From the NCBI GenBank assembly GCA_000165345.1, contig CM000435.1, forward strand, positions 1,024,001-1,088,000: DNA of 64,000 nt, given 5' to 3'. Of the stretch, positions 49,118-58,041 are shown in pieces. A program made the translations under genes and the position numbers. Below the pieces are notes generated by a model. That model was not told the origin of the DNA, made no database searches, and was given only the letters and a program-made list of their open reading frames with translations. How positions within the stretch are numbered: position 1 is the stretch's first letter; each line of letters starts with the position of its first letter.

Positions 49118-50881
49118 ATGGAAACCTCCCAAGATGGAGACTACTGGGATGTGATTATTATTGGTACAGGGTTGATAGAATGTATTGTTGCTTCAGGCCT
49201 CTCAATGAGAGGATATTCGGTTTTAGTTTTAGAGTCAAATACCTCATATGGAGGCTTAAATAATACACTTAAACTCCCCACAGTTCATAATTGGATCTCA
49301 AACAACCCAGAACATTCAGAATCTCTATTTGAAACTTCTTCTTTCTTTGAAAAAGAGTGTGATCTTCAGTTATACTCATCACTAACTGAAGCAGAATCTC
49401 AATCTTTAAAGAATATATATGTGGATATGATGCCTAAAGTACTATTTTGTCGTGGCCATCTTGTAGAAATGATTTTATCGTGCAATATTTCTGGTTATCT
49501 AGAATTTCAAGGAATAAATGATATTTATTTTGCAGAAATTAAAGATAATGAGACATTTAGATTAACAAAAACACCATTTTCAAAAAAAGAGGTATTTTCC
49601 TCATCCGATTTGAATTTGGTAGAAAAGAGACAAGTTATGAGGTTGTACAGTGGAATTAGAGATATTTTAGAGATATCCAAAATTGAGGAAAAGGTTGATT
49701 TGGATTTGGTTTCTGATCCTTTTAGGTCCCCAGCATTAATTGTAAATTGTCAAAATAGTTCTAAAAAGGTTAATGAGAGCAATAATGACCAAACTAATCG
49801 TAACCGTAGTTTTGGTGGCAGTAGTAGAAATGCATGCATTCCTGAAGTAACTTCTTTCTCAGACTTTCAAGATTTCTGGAAAATCAATGACAGAGTGTTA
49901 AATTTAGTTAAACACAACGTAGTTTTTAGCAATTCACACCAAAACAATAATTTTGAATGGGAAAAGAACTTTACAAGGTATTTTAACCTTCTATTAAGTT
50001 CATTAAATCAACATGGATGTGTAGGAACTCCTTTTTTGTATCCAAATTATGGTACATGTGATCTACCTCAGTCATTTTCTAGACTTGCAGCAGTTAAAGG
50101 ATCTCTTCAAAGACTTGGGACAACCATTTCAACTATTCAAAAACAAGATGAAAAGGAAAAACTATGGAAAGTTCATATTAACTCAAGTAATTCAAAAGAA
50201 GTTATTAAGTGTAAGTCAATATTGGGGTCTTTAACAAATCTTTCAAAATACTTGAAGAATTCTGTAAATAATTTAATAGAAAACAAGGTTTTGTGTTATT
50301 TCATGATTTTAAATCGTCCATTAATCAAACCAAAAAACTCTCAGAATACTAAAAATCTTTGTCTCACAAGTATCCAAATTGGAGAAAACCAATTTGAGAA
50401 TAATATAGCTTATATTCTACAATGTGACTATAGTACAGGATGTTGCCCTCCTGGATATTATATTGTTTACATAAATAAGGTAATGGGAAAAGAAGAAACT
50501 ATTTTTCATGCAAGAAGTCAGGTCCAAAATGGAATTAACTCACTGTTATCTGCGAAAACAAATGATGAGACAAAGGTTTTATATAAAGCAAGTTATATTT
50601 ATATACAAAGGGTTGAGAATCCACAACAACTTGGAGACGGATTAATACTTTTGTCAGATCCATCTATTAACAACAATAGCTTCTTACTTCTGGATGAAGA
50701 TGTTGATAAAGCTTTACTAGCTCTTGATAAATCAATCAAGTTTCTAGATTCTCAACATAAGGATTATGTGACATTTAAGAACTTTTCAAATTCTAAAAAA
50801 GATCAAAAAGAAGAAAATTCAAAAATCCGAGATTCAAATAATCAATATTTTATAGAGAAGTTACAAAACATCTTAGACTAA
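49118..50881 (+). CDS. Rab GDP-dissociation inhibitor/Rab escort protein (GDI/CHM family). A long insert after the FAD/GDI N-terminal motif suggests the REP type.
   Basis: The stretch YWDVIIIGTGLIECIVASGLSMRGYSVLVLESNTSYGG matches the GDI/REP N-terminal motif [37 protein letters not shown]. The stretch MPKVLFCRGHLVEMILSCNISGYLEFQ matches GDI [26 protein letters not shown]. The protein is 587 aa, longer than a typical GDI. Confidence 0.65.
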   Translation: METSQDGDYWDVIIIGTGLIECIVASGLSMRGYSVLVLESNTSYGGLNNTLKLPTVHNWISNNPEHSESLFETSSFFEKECDLQLYSSLTEAESQSLKNIYVDMMPKVLFCRGHLVEMILSCNISGYLEFQGINDIYFAEIKDNETFRLTKTPFSKKEVFSSSDLNLVEKRQVMRLYSGIRDILEISKIEEKVDLDLVSDPFRSPALIVNCQNSSKKVNESNNDQTNRNRSFGGSSRNACIPEVTSFSDFQDFWKINDRVLNLVKHNVVFSNSHQNNNFEWEKNFTRYFNLLLSSLNQHGCVGTPFLYPNYGTCDLPQSFSRLAAVKGSLQRLGTTISTIQKQDEKEKLWKVHINSSNSKEVIKCKSILGSLTNLSKYLKNSVNNLIENKVLCYFMILNRPLIKPKNSQNTKNLCLTSIQIGENQFENNIAYILQCDYSTGCCPPGYYIVYINKVMGKEETIFHARSQVQNGINSLLSAKTNDETKVLYKASYIYIQRVENPQQLGDGLILLSDPSINNNSFLLLDEDVDKALLALDKSIKFLDSQHKDYVTFKNFSNSKKDQKEENSKIRDSNNQYFIEKLQNILD

Positions 50882-50924
50882 GTTAAATATAATATAAATA
50901 TGTATACAAAGAGTAGACTATCCT

Positions 50925-51665
50925 TTAATTAATAATATCTCGTGAATATGGAACATTTGTATCAATAGGAGCAACAATCAAATCGTTCCTATACAAATAT
51001 TTCATTAACATTTGAACAGCTTCTAGCCCTTGAGCATGATCTTTAACCTTGTGTACTAGAATATAGTTAACAGAGACTACAAAACAACATTGAGTTATCT
51101 CATTTTTTGCCTCTTCTACTTGCTCATCTGGAAATCTAAGAAACTTATTAGCTGATGTTGTGTCTTCATTGGAATAAATACCATTTGGTTGAAAACTTAT
51201 TATCATAGCTGTATAGAGCTCTGGATCAAAGAGTATTTCAAAAACGTGATTACTAGCAATAATAGTATTATATAATTTAAATATATTTATTAATCCAATT
51301 TTGGATGGCATTTCAACTCTCAAGATAGAATTCACTTGTTTGATTTCTAAAGGAACTGATGGATCATGCTGTCTAAACTTCTTTCTAAGCCATGAAATAT
51401 ATTCAGTACAAGTTTCCTCGTTCTCCCCAATACTCAAAATATACCCACTATTATAAGCAATAATACACCCATCCTCCTTCACTCCTCTACGTCTGGGAGT
51501 TGGGCAAATTAATGCTTTCTTACTATGACAATAAACAAACATTTCTGAACTTTTCCTTAGCATATTTTTGTATATGTCCCATGATGTTACACTATTCGAG
51601 AAGTCTAGATATCCCTCAAGGACAATCCTTCGTCTAGTAGTAACCTCAGGGATTGTCAGGTCCAT
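50925..51665 (-). CDS. Hypothetical conserved-looking protein of 246 aa with no domain recognised
   Basis: A real ATG is present. The ORF is uninterrupted. A TGCATGCA-like motif at about 51695 and GGCGCC motifs lie upstream. Confidence 0.45.
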   Translation of the reverse strand: MDLTIPEVTTRRRIVLEGYLDFSNSVTSWDIYKNMLRKSSEMFVYCHSKKALICPTPRRRGVKEDGCIIAYNSGYILSIGENEETCTEYISWLRKKFRQHDPSVPLEIKQVNSILRVEMPSKIGLINIFKLYNTIIASNHVFEILFDPELYTAMIISFQPNGIYSNEDTTSANKFLRFPDEQVEEAKNEITQCCFVVSVNYILVHKVKDHAQGLEAVQMLMKYLYRNDLIVAPIDTNVPYSRDIIN

Positions 51666-52008
51666 TTCTGCTGTTTTTTATGTGTGAACTTGAAGCATGC
51701 AAATTCAGATTCTTAGGTTAGGTTAACCAGAACAACTTAACTGAGGAATTTGGTTGTTGTTTTTAAATGAGTAATTCTAATTTAAAATTTTACATACGTC
51801 CCTTTTTAAATACCGTTTAAAACAACTTTTTTTTCCTTGCAATCACCAAGAAAAATTAAAAAATTATACGGGAAAAATTCAACCATTTTTTTGACAAATA
51901 TTTTTAATTAATTTAGGCGCCACATGCCATTAATAATTAGTAAATATTTACATACCGGTATTTAGTCAGAATGATAATATTTTTTTTTTAATAAATAATT
52001 AAACAATG

Positions 52009-52016
52009 TTGGCGCC
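52009..52016. promoter_or_regulatory. E2F-like TTGGCGCC motif in the RPS4 promoter region. A second copy, TTAGGCGCCA, lies at about 51913..51922.
   Basis: The strings caatgttggcgccttagg and atttaggcgccacatgcc were read directly. Confidence 0.45.
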
Positions 52017-52261
52017 TTAGGTGTATAATTACTATTTAATAATAAATTATAATAATGGAAAGTGGTAAATAAAATGAATAGTAAATAAATTAAAAAAAAT
52101 GGAGACATATTCAATTTTGACGCATTATTATTAATTATAATTAACAATAATCGAGACGGGAAAACAAAATAGATAAATACAATCAGCTTGGTTCAAGTTG
52201 AAGGCGAGGCTTTAAGCTAGGAATTTTAAAGTTGTAAACTGTATTTTAGAATTAGTAAAGA

Positions 52262-53481
52262 ATGGTAAGTTAGGAGTATTTTTAAGCAAGACGAGGAAGT
52301 TTCTAACTGGAGCTTGTTAATTCTTTAGGCACGTGGTCCAAAGAAGCATTTAAAGCGTGTGGCAGCTCCATCCAACTGGATGTTGGACAAATTGACAGGT
52401 GTATATGCACCTCGTCCATCAAGTGGTCCACATAAACTAAGAGAATGTATTCCATTAGCAATTTTACTCCGTAACAGATTAAAGTTTGCTTTAACATATA
52501 CTGAAGCAAAGTATATTGTAATGCAACGTCTTATCAAGGTTGATGGTAAGGTCAGAACTGATATCTGCTTCCCATTAGGTTTGATGGATGTTGTAAGCAT
52601 TGACCGTGTTGGAAAGAATATACGTATAATGTATGATACAAAGGGTAGATTCGTACCAGTCCAAATTGATTCTAAGGAGGCAGGATTCAAGCTATGCAAA
52701 GTAACTAAGGTTGCTCTTGGAGCAAAGGGTATTCCAACTGCCACAACAAATGACGCCCGTACTTTGAGATACATCCACCCAGATGTCAAGGCAAATGATA
52801 CTGTTAAAGTTGACTTGGCCACAGGAAAGGTAAGTTGATTTAGAAAAAATTGGTTCAAATAAGGCAATGAAAGGGGTGAGACGAGGATATTTTTGGTAAT
52901 TTTTATTATATAGTCGATTTGACGTGTTGGCTTTTCGGTGATGAACAACGACTTAAATGGGAATCTCTCTTACAAACAAATAATATGGTGAGATATGGTC
53001 TCGACTTTCTGTCATGATTGTCCTGATGTTCTGCTTAAAACACGTCATTTTTGTACTTTTAGAGTTAACAAAGATTCCAATATACCCTCATATATGATTA
53101 TTGCATATTTTATAGAAAGATTTGGTATTCTTATTTCTGATTTGCCTTGAAACCAAATATACTTTACTGAACAATATTTAATTTCCCCCTTTAATATAGG
53201 TAATTGACTTTGTCAAATGTGAAGTTGGTAACATGTGTATGGTCACTGGTGGTAGATCCCAAGGCCGTGTTGGTACCATTACTCACTTTGAGAGAAAGAT
53301 GGGTGCTCAGTGCATCGTCACTATTCGTGACCAAAAAGGTGCTACCTTTGCAACTTTAATGAAGAATATCTTCGTTATTGGAGAGGAGGGCAAACCCTTG
53401 GTCACTCTTCCAAAGGATAAAGGTATTAGATTATCAAATGTGGAGGACAGAAACTTAAGAATGAAGAAGCACAGGAACTAA
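52262..53481 (+). CDS. RPS4: 40S ribosomal protein S4 (eS4) with three exons. Exon 1 is the ATG codon alone at 52262..52264. Exon 2 is 52329..52829 and exon 3 is 53200..53481. Intron 1 is 52265..52328 (64 nt) and intron 2 is 52830..53199 (370 nt).
   Basis: The junction ATG|GTAAGT....TTCTTTAG|GCACGTGGTCCAAAGAAGCAT gives [44 protein letters not shown].... This is collinear with eS4 [41 protein letters not shown]. Exon 2 ends at ...DLATGK|GTAAGT. Exon 3 follows TTAATATAG| and reads [33 protein letters not shown]..., against eS4 [33 protein letters not shown]. All junctions are phase 0. The tracked ORFs 52359..52838 and 53233..53481 are fragments of this gene. Confidence 0.85.
52922..53045 (+). 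ncRNA. Candidate intron-encoded box C/D snoRNA inside RPS4 intron 2
   Basis: A C box GTGATGA lies at about 52938..52944 and a D box CTGA at about 53023..53026, about 80 nt apart. They are flanked by an inverted repeat ACGTGTT (52922..52928) and AACACGT (53039..53045) that could form the terminal stem. The 370-nt intron is unusually long compared with the other introns here, which are 50-80 nt. Confidence 0.3.
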
Positions 53482-53738
53482 TTAGAGACTGATTTCCAGG
53501 AACACATGCATTAGTTAAGATATTAGTCATTTTTTTCCTCACATAGTTTCATAATTGTTTCAATTTTATTTTAACACTTGCGGAATTGATTGTCTCCTTT
53601 TCTGTCTCTTATCTTGTTACTCAAGTGGAATTTATAACTCTTGTTGGAAATATCATCTAATAATATTAAAAATAAAATCTACAGTTAATTGAATACTAAT
53701 TCTAAATAATAATTACTTATGAAATCTAGTTATTTTAC

Positions 53739-54128
53739 TTAATCTAAAATTAATTCATCAATCTTCCAGTCCTCATAATTCCCATTTGGGAGATATCTTC
53801 TAATAACAAAAGGAATTTTCTTAGTATAAAGCTCTTTCTCCGCTATTAATAAAGGATCGGTTTCTCCATCTAATGGTATTGCAACCGGAGCATTCATACT
53901 AATTTGTAGTGCTCTTGTTCCAATAATTCTTGCCTTTTCAAACTTTGTCATATAAGGAGTTGTAATACGAGGACCTTCATTTGGTTTACCATCATATCTA
54001 CTATGTACTGCATCTTCTGTCAATATTTCTATATTCTCATCTCCTTCTATCTCTTCTTCTATTAATTCCTCTTCCATATACTCCTCTTCCTCATCATAAT
54101 TTCCTCCTGATTCATCATAATCATTCAT
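53739..54128 (-). CDS. RPB6: DNA-directed RNA polymerases I, II and III common subunit RPB6 (RPABC2/omega-like)
   Basis: The stretch [75 protein letters not shown] is collinear with RPB6 [27 protein letters not shown]...[34 protein letters not shown]. The N-terminal tail is acidic. Confidence 0.9.
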   Translation of the reverse strand: MNDYDESGGNYDEEEEYMEEELIEEEIEGDENIEILTEDAVHSRYDGKPNEGPRITTPYMTKFEKARIIGTRALQISMNAPVAIPLDGETDPLLIAEKELYTKKIPFVIRRYLPNGNYEDWKIDELILD

Positions 54129-54256
54129 TTTTATAAATTACTTTAAACTGCTCTAACTTGACAGCTTTTTTGTTTTAATTAAATAATTATTTTAATTCTT
54201 AATTAAAAAGTCTTATTCAGAAACTCCTAACCCCGGAAAAAATAAATTCATGAACA

Positions 54257-54266
54257 GGCGGGAAAA
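54257..54266. promoter_or_regulatory. E2F-like GGCGGGAAAA motif in the RPB6/GST divergent promoter
   Basis: The string catgaacaggcgggaaaatcag was read directly. TGCATGC-like elements, gttgcatgctaaaa and agtcatgcaaaaac, lie nearby. Confidence 0.35.
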
Positions 54267-54744
54267 TCAGTTCACTATTGTAAAAGTTGCATGCTAAAAT
54301 TTAGTCATGCAAAAACAAATTTATGAATAAAATGAAAATTAATGTACTGTAGGTGGCTTTGCAGAGGGAAGAATATGGGGGAACCATCGAATAGTTGATT
54401 TTTTTTAAAATAATAGACTAGATTAACGTTATGATCTGACAATTATCTTGAATTCTGTTTGAAAAACTATTTATTAAGTTTTAAGTAAATAGCATTTCTA
54501 TTAAGCGTTGTATAATAAATATAATTTTTTCAGAAAATTCAAACATATAATAAATTACGTGTAATTACCTGTAATTTGACTGAATTTATTGAGGAAAATT
54601 ATTATTTTTTTGAATAGAAAAAAGGACTTAATTAGATTTTCACTACTAATGGAATATATTGGCTCTTTGGATAATCCATTAAGACTCATTTACTTTTCAT
54701 GCAGGTAAGAGATATTACATAGAACTCAAGGAAAATATGGAGTT

Positions 54745-55553
54745 ATGTTACTGGAAAATTATTTAGAAAATATGTAAAATCCAGTATCAGTTAATGGAAT
54801 GAATAATTCAATTTATATTTTAGAGGAACTTGTGATGTAATAAGGTTGCTGCTGGTAGACCAAGAAATACCATATGAGGGTAAGTGAAGTGAAGTCAATA
54901 TTATTATGTAATATACAATAAACTTTAATCTGAATTATAAAAATGATTGAATATTTAGAGCATAATATTTCAGGAAAAGACTTTTTACAGCCCGAGTTTC
55001 AACAAGTCCTAGTGGAATCTGGGAACTTTCCAATGCTCCCATATTTGTCAGACTCAAACAATGAAGTCGAGCTAACAGGATCATTCACAATATTAAGGTA
55101 CCTCGCAGATAAGTGTAAGTTGATGGGTAAAAGTCCTGAGGAAAGAAATAAGATAGAAAATTGGCTGGAATATCTTCAATCTTTACTACATTCAGTATGG
55201 GATTTCGAAAATATGTCAGATAATTATACAGGAATCCAACAGGCAAAGAAAAAGAGCCAGTTTCTATTAGAAACTCTTCATCCAATGCTTAAATGTATAG
55301 ATGAAAAGATTGAACAAGGAATCTGGGCTCTAGAATCCTATTCAGTAGTGGACATTGTCCTATATTCAGCAATAAGCGTGATAATTAGATCTTGGGGAAG
55401 CGATCTATTGAAACCTTATATTAGGTAAGTTATCATTGTATGGAAGGATCAGCTGTATAACTAACGAATGCCAGAATATTAACACATAAAAAGAATATGG
55501 AGAAATTGAGAAAGCAAATAGATTCGTTTAAGGATGACCCTAGACGTTTTTAA
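54745..55553 (+). CDS. Glutathione S-transferase-like protein. The proposed model has four exons: 54745..54773, 54824..54879, 54959..55424 and 55475..55553.
   Basis: Exon 3 lies inside the tracked ORF 54943..55428. It contains the GST thioredoxin-like and helical core, for example FPMLPYLSDSNNEVELTGSFTILRYLADKCKLMGKSPEERNKIENW, against GST [43 protein letters not shown]. Exons 1 and 2 give MLLENYLENI-GTCDVIRLLLVDQEIPYEG, against GST MPMILGYWDIRGLAHAIRLLLEY. The splice sites are AT|GTAAAA..TTTTAG|A, GAGG|GTAAGT...ATATTTAG|AG, and ATTAG|GTAAGT..CTAACGAATGCCAG|A, the last with a CTAAC branch point. All phases are consistent. The choice of first exon is the least certain part of the model. Confidence 0.55.
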
Positions 55554-55578
55554 AAAGAAATAACTAACTAGTAATAAA

Positions 55579-57633
55579 TTAATCTCTTGAGTATTTGAAT
55601 TGATCAGGTCTACTATTTAAAATGATTTGATCTCGCTCACTTACAACCCATGCAACAACAACTGTAATGTCATCAAGCTTTCCTCCAGTACTAAACTGCC
55701 AAAGTTCATCGCTGACGCTACAATGTCTGTTAAAAGGGGTCTTTGCCTTTGGATCCAAAGATTTGATGTATGCTGCATTTGCTAGAGCCTTGGATATGTT
55801 ATGAGGGCTTGAATATAATTTGGGATCTTTTAGTAACCTAATTGCCTCATATGGGGAGATTGCTCCGCTACATATGCTACAAATTTCATAATCAAACAAA
55901 TTATCAAATAAACCATCGGTAGCAACTACAATTAAGTCACTTTGGGAAAGGGTAATCTCTTTGGTTATTGAATGAGATGGTAAATCCTGAGGAACATCCT
56001 CGCTATTTTTAACAAGATTAATAAAACAAGTCAATCCCTTTTCTTGTAACATTGGAAAATCTTCAGGAGTTGGAAGCCTTGATAACTGAAATGGACAATT
56101 AAAAGAATGTTGCTGAGCTGGACTTCTATAAACAATACCCATCCTAAAAGTTTCAGGAGTTCTTCTTAATATAATTATCCCAGAGTCTCCCAAATATGAA
56201 ATCTGAAGTTTGCTAGTCTTTGGGTCAAAACATGCAACAAAAGCTGTAGATGAGCCAAAAGACTGCGTATTCTTATATCCCTCCATCAACAAAAACTGAG
56301 AGTAAGAAAGAGCCTGAGAGTCACTGTTGAATTGTTTTCCTAAGTTAAACATTTCCTCTTTATCGTCTTTATCCAACTCATTCTGTGGCTCAGTCCTTTC
56401 TTCCATACTGTAACCTATATCAAACTTTAATTTTGCTCCTTTAGAACGATGCGTAAATCCACGAAATTCCGAGACCTCCCTACTTTCCATTGTCATTTTC
56501 TTTGTCGCATCTGGCTTAATGTTTGCATGCACCACATTTTTCTTTAAAATTGCCACGTCATTAGGCGGGGGGCGGGGTTGCATGCATTTTGTATTAAGAT
56601 AAGCTTCTCTCATTCCAGAAATGAGTTCAGAAGCGAATAATTTTGGGTTAACTCCAAAGTTGGCCCATTCTCCCACTCCATCGGCAATTCCGATTACATT
56701 TTCCTCATAAAAGTGTGCATCCTCTCCTCCGTAGTGAACTTTTGAAGGATGGGGGTGAGAGCAGCTCCCAATGGATAAATTCAAGACTGCTCCATCTTTT
56801 TTTGGTCGAATATATTCTGGAATTCTAAGGAAAATATCAATTCCTTTAAGGTAGCTAGTAACATTTGAAGGCCAAGCTTTATTAGAGTGTGTTGAAATCC
56901 TCCTAAGTCTGTCCTCTTTCAGAGCCATATTTAGCCTTTCCATACCATCGTCATTATAGGGTGGAAATGCAACAGTAGTACTTGTCATAACTCTGTATAT
57001 GGCGGGCCGTCCTGAAGTTGGAGTATTAGAAGAGGGAGAGTTTATGGTAGAGGATGCAGATGAAGATGCAGAGGTACTTTTTGAATAGTCATAAATATCT
57101 TTATTAACATTCCATTCGTATACTTCTCTTTGGGTAGTTGTTTTGTCTTGTCCTTCTACTTCTAACTCCAATTCTAAATCCAAAATTTCTCCCGAATAAA
57201 AGTTACTATTCTGACTGAGGTTTGAACGAGCAAACATTAGACCATCGCTAAAGCATCTACTCATGAAGGATTTCTGGTAAATATTGTCATTACGTTCTCT
57301 TTTTCCTTGGCTACTTTCTTCGACTTCTATTTCTGCCTCCCTACTACCTTCTGAGCCCTTTGACCAAGCCTCATTTGGGCTCTGATTGGACGTTGCATTC
57401 TGGGATGGAGAGAAATTACCTGAAATTGAACCAGCTGTTGACTGGGATGAATATCTTTTTGAATGGTAAAGCTTTTCAGGAAGCTCTTTTGAAAATATCC
57501 TCAATACATTCTTTGAATGGCTTACTATACTCTCTCCTCCCAAATGGCTATTCCTTGCTAAATCCTCCAAAAACCTCCGAAATATTACAGAGGGCTCTTG
57601 CTCTTCCTGTATTCTTTCATTTTCTTTATACAT
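55579..57633 (-). CDS. PTC7-type PP2C/PPM phosphatase with a long Ser-rich N-terminal extension of about 684 aa. It is the second PTC7-like gene in the window.
   Basis: The tracked ORF ends at 57657 with a GTG start. The first ATG, at 57633, gives MYKENERIQEE. The catalytic core follows: IGIADGVGEWANFGVNPKLFASELI, then IVVATDGLFDNLFD and a C-terminal GGKLDDITVVVAWVV. An E2F-like TTGGCGCC at 57688..57695 lies just upstream of the trimmed start. Confidence 0.65.
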   Translation of the reverse strand: MYKENERIQEEQEPSVIFRRFLEDLARNSHLGGESIVSHSKNVLRIFSKELPEKLYHSKRYSSQSTAGSISGNFSPSQNATSNQSPNEAWSKGSEGSREAEIEVEESSQGKRERNDNIYQKSFMSRCFSDGLMFARSNLSQNSNFYSGEILDLELELEVEGQDKTTTQREVYEWNVNKDIYDYSKSTSASSSASSTINSPSSNTPTSGRPAIYRVMTSTTVAFPPYNDDGMERLNMALKEDRLRRISTHSNKAWPSNVTSYLKGIDIFLRIPEYIRPKKDGAVLNLSIGSCSHPHPSKVHYGGEDAHFYEENVIGIADGVGEWANFGVNPKLFASELISGMREAYLNTKCMQPRPPPNDVAILKKNVVHANIKPDATKKMTMESREVSEFRGFTHRSKGAKLKFDIGYSMEERTEPQNELDKDDKEEMFNLGKQFNSDSQALSYSQFLLMEGYKNTQSFGSSTAFVACFDPKTSKLQISYLGDSGIIILRRTPETFRMGIVYRSPAQQHSFNCPFQLSRLPTPEDFPMLQEKGLTCFINLVKNSEDVPQDLPSHSITKEITLSQSDLIVVATDGLFDNLFDYEICSICSGAISPYEAIRLLKDPKLYSSPHNISKALANAAYIKSLDPKAKTPFNRHCSVSDELWQFSTGGKLDDITVVVAWVVSERDQIILNSRPDQFKYSRD

Positions 57634-57687
57634 TATTAAATTATTGCATTTCTGCACACGACTCCTCCTCTAACATGATTTCGCCTC

Positions 57688-57695
57688 TTGGCGCC
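57688..57695. promoter_or_regulatory. E2F-like TTGGCGCC motif upstream of the long PTC7-like gene
   Basis: The string tcgcctcttggcgcctaaatgc was read directly. Confidence 0.4.
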
Positions 57696-58041
57696 TAAAT
57701 GCTGGACATGCCGCTCACAGGTACCGAATCTAAAAATACGTTTGGGGGCCCCCAAAGCTGGTGTAGGAGAAAAATATCAAAAATTAATTAAATATCAAAA
57801 ATTACAAAGGAGACAAAAATATAAGATATTATTCAGGAAAAATTTCTTCAGGATTAGATTTATTAAGGTTTTATTTTCCTTTATTGATACTATTATGATT
57901 ACGGCTATTCCTTTAAATCTATCTACGTTCTCAGCAGATTCGACTATTCATCTTTAATACTTACCACGATTTCTCCTTTTTTTCCCATATTCCAGCTTCT
58001 TCCTCTTCTTAGTTTTCACCCAGCTCAATCTTTTTAACTGA

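Noticed and set aside
54737-54766. Alternative GST first-exon reading MELCYWKII, which resembles the GST beta-1 strand MxxxLGYWKI even better than the chosen model. Also the upstream ATGCAG|GTAAGA pseudo-exon at about 54698.
   Set aside because: This frame runs into a TAG with no GT donor after the needed codon, so it cannot be spliced canonically to exon 2. The ATGCAG|GTAAGA model would delete the beta-1 strand entirely. I retained the GT-AG-consistent model and flagged the ambiguity.
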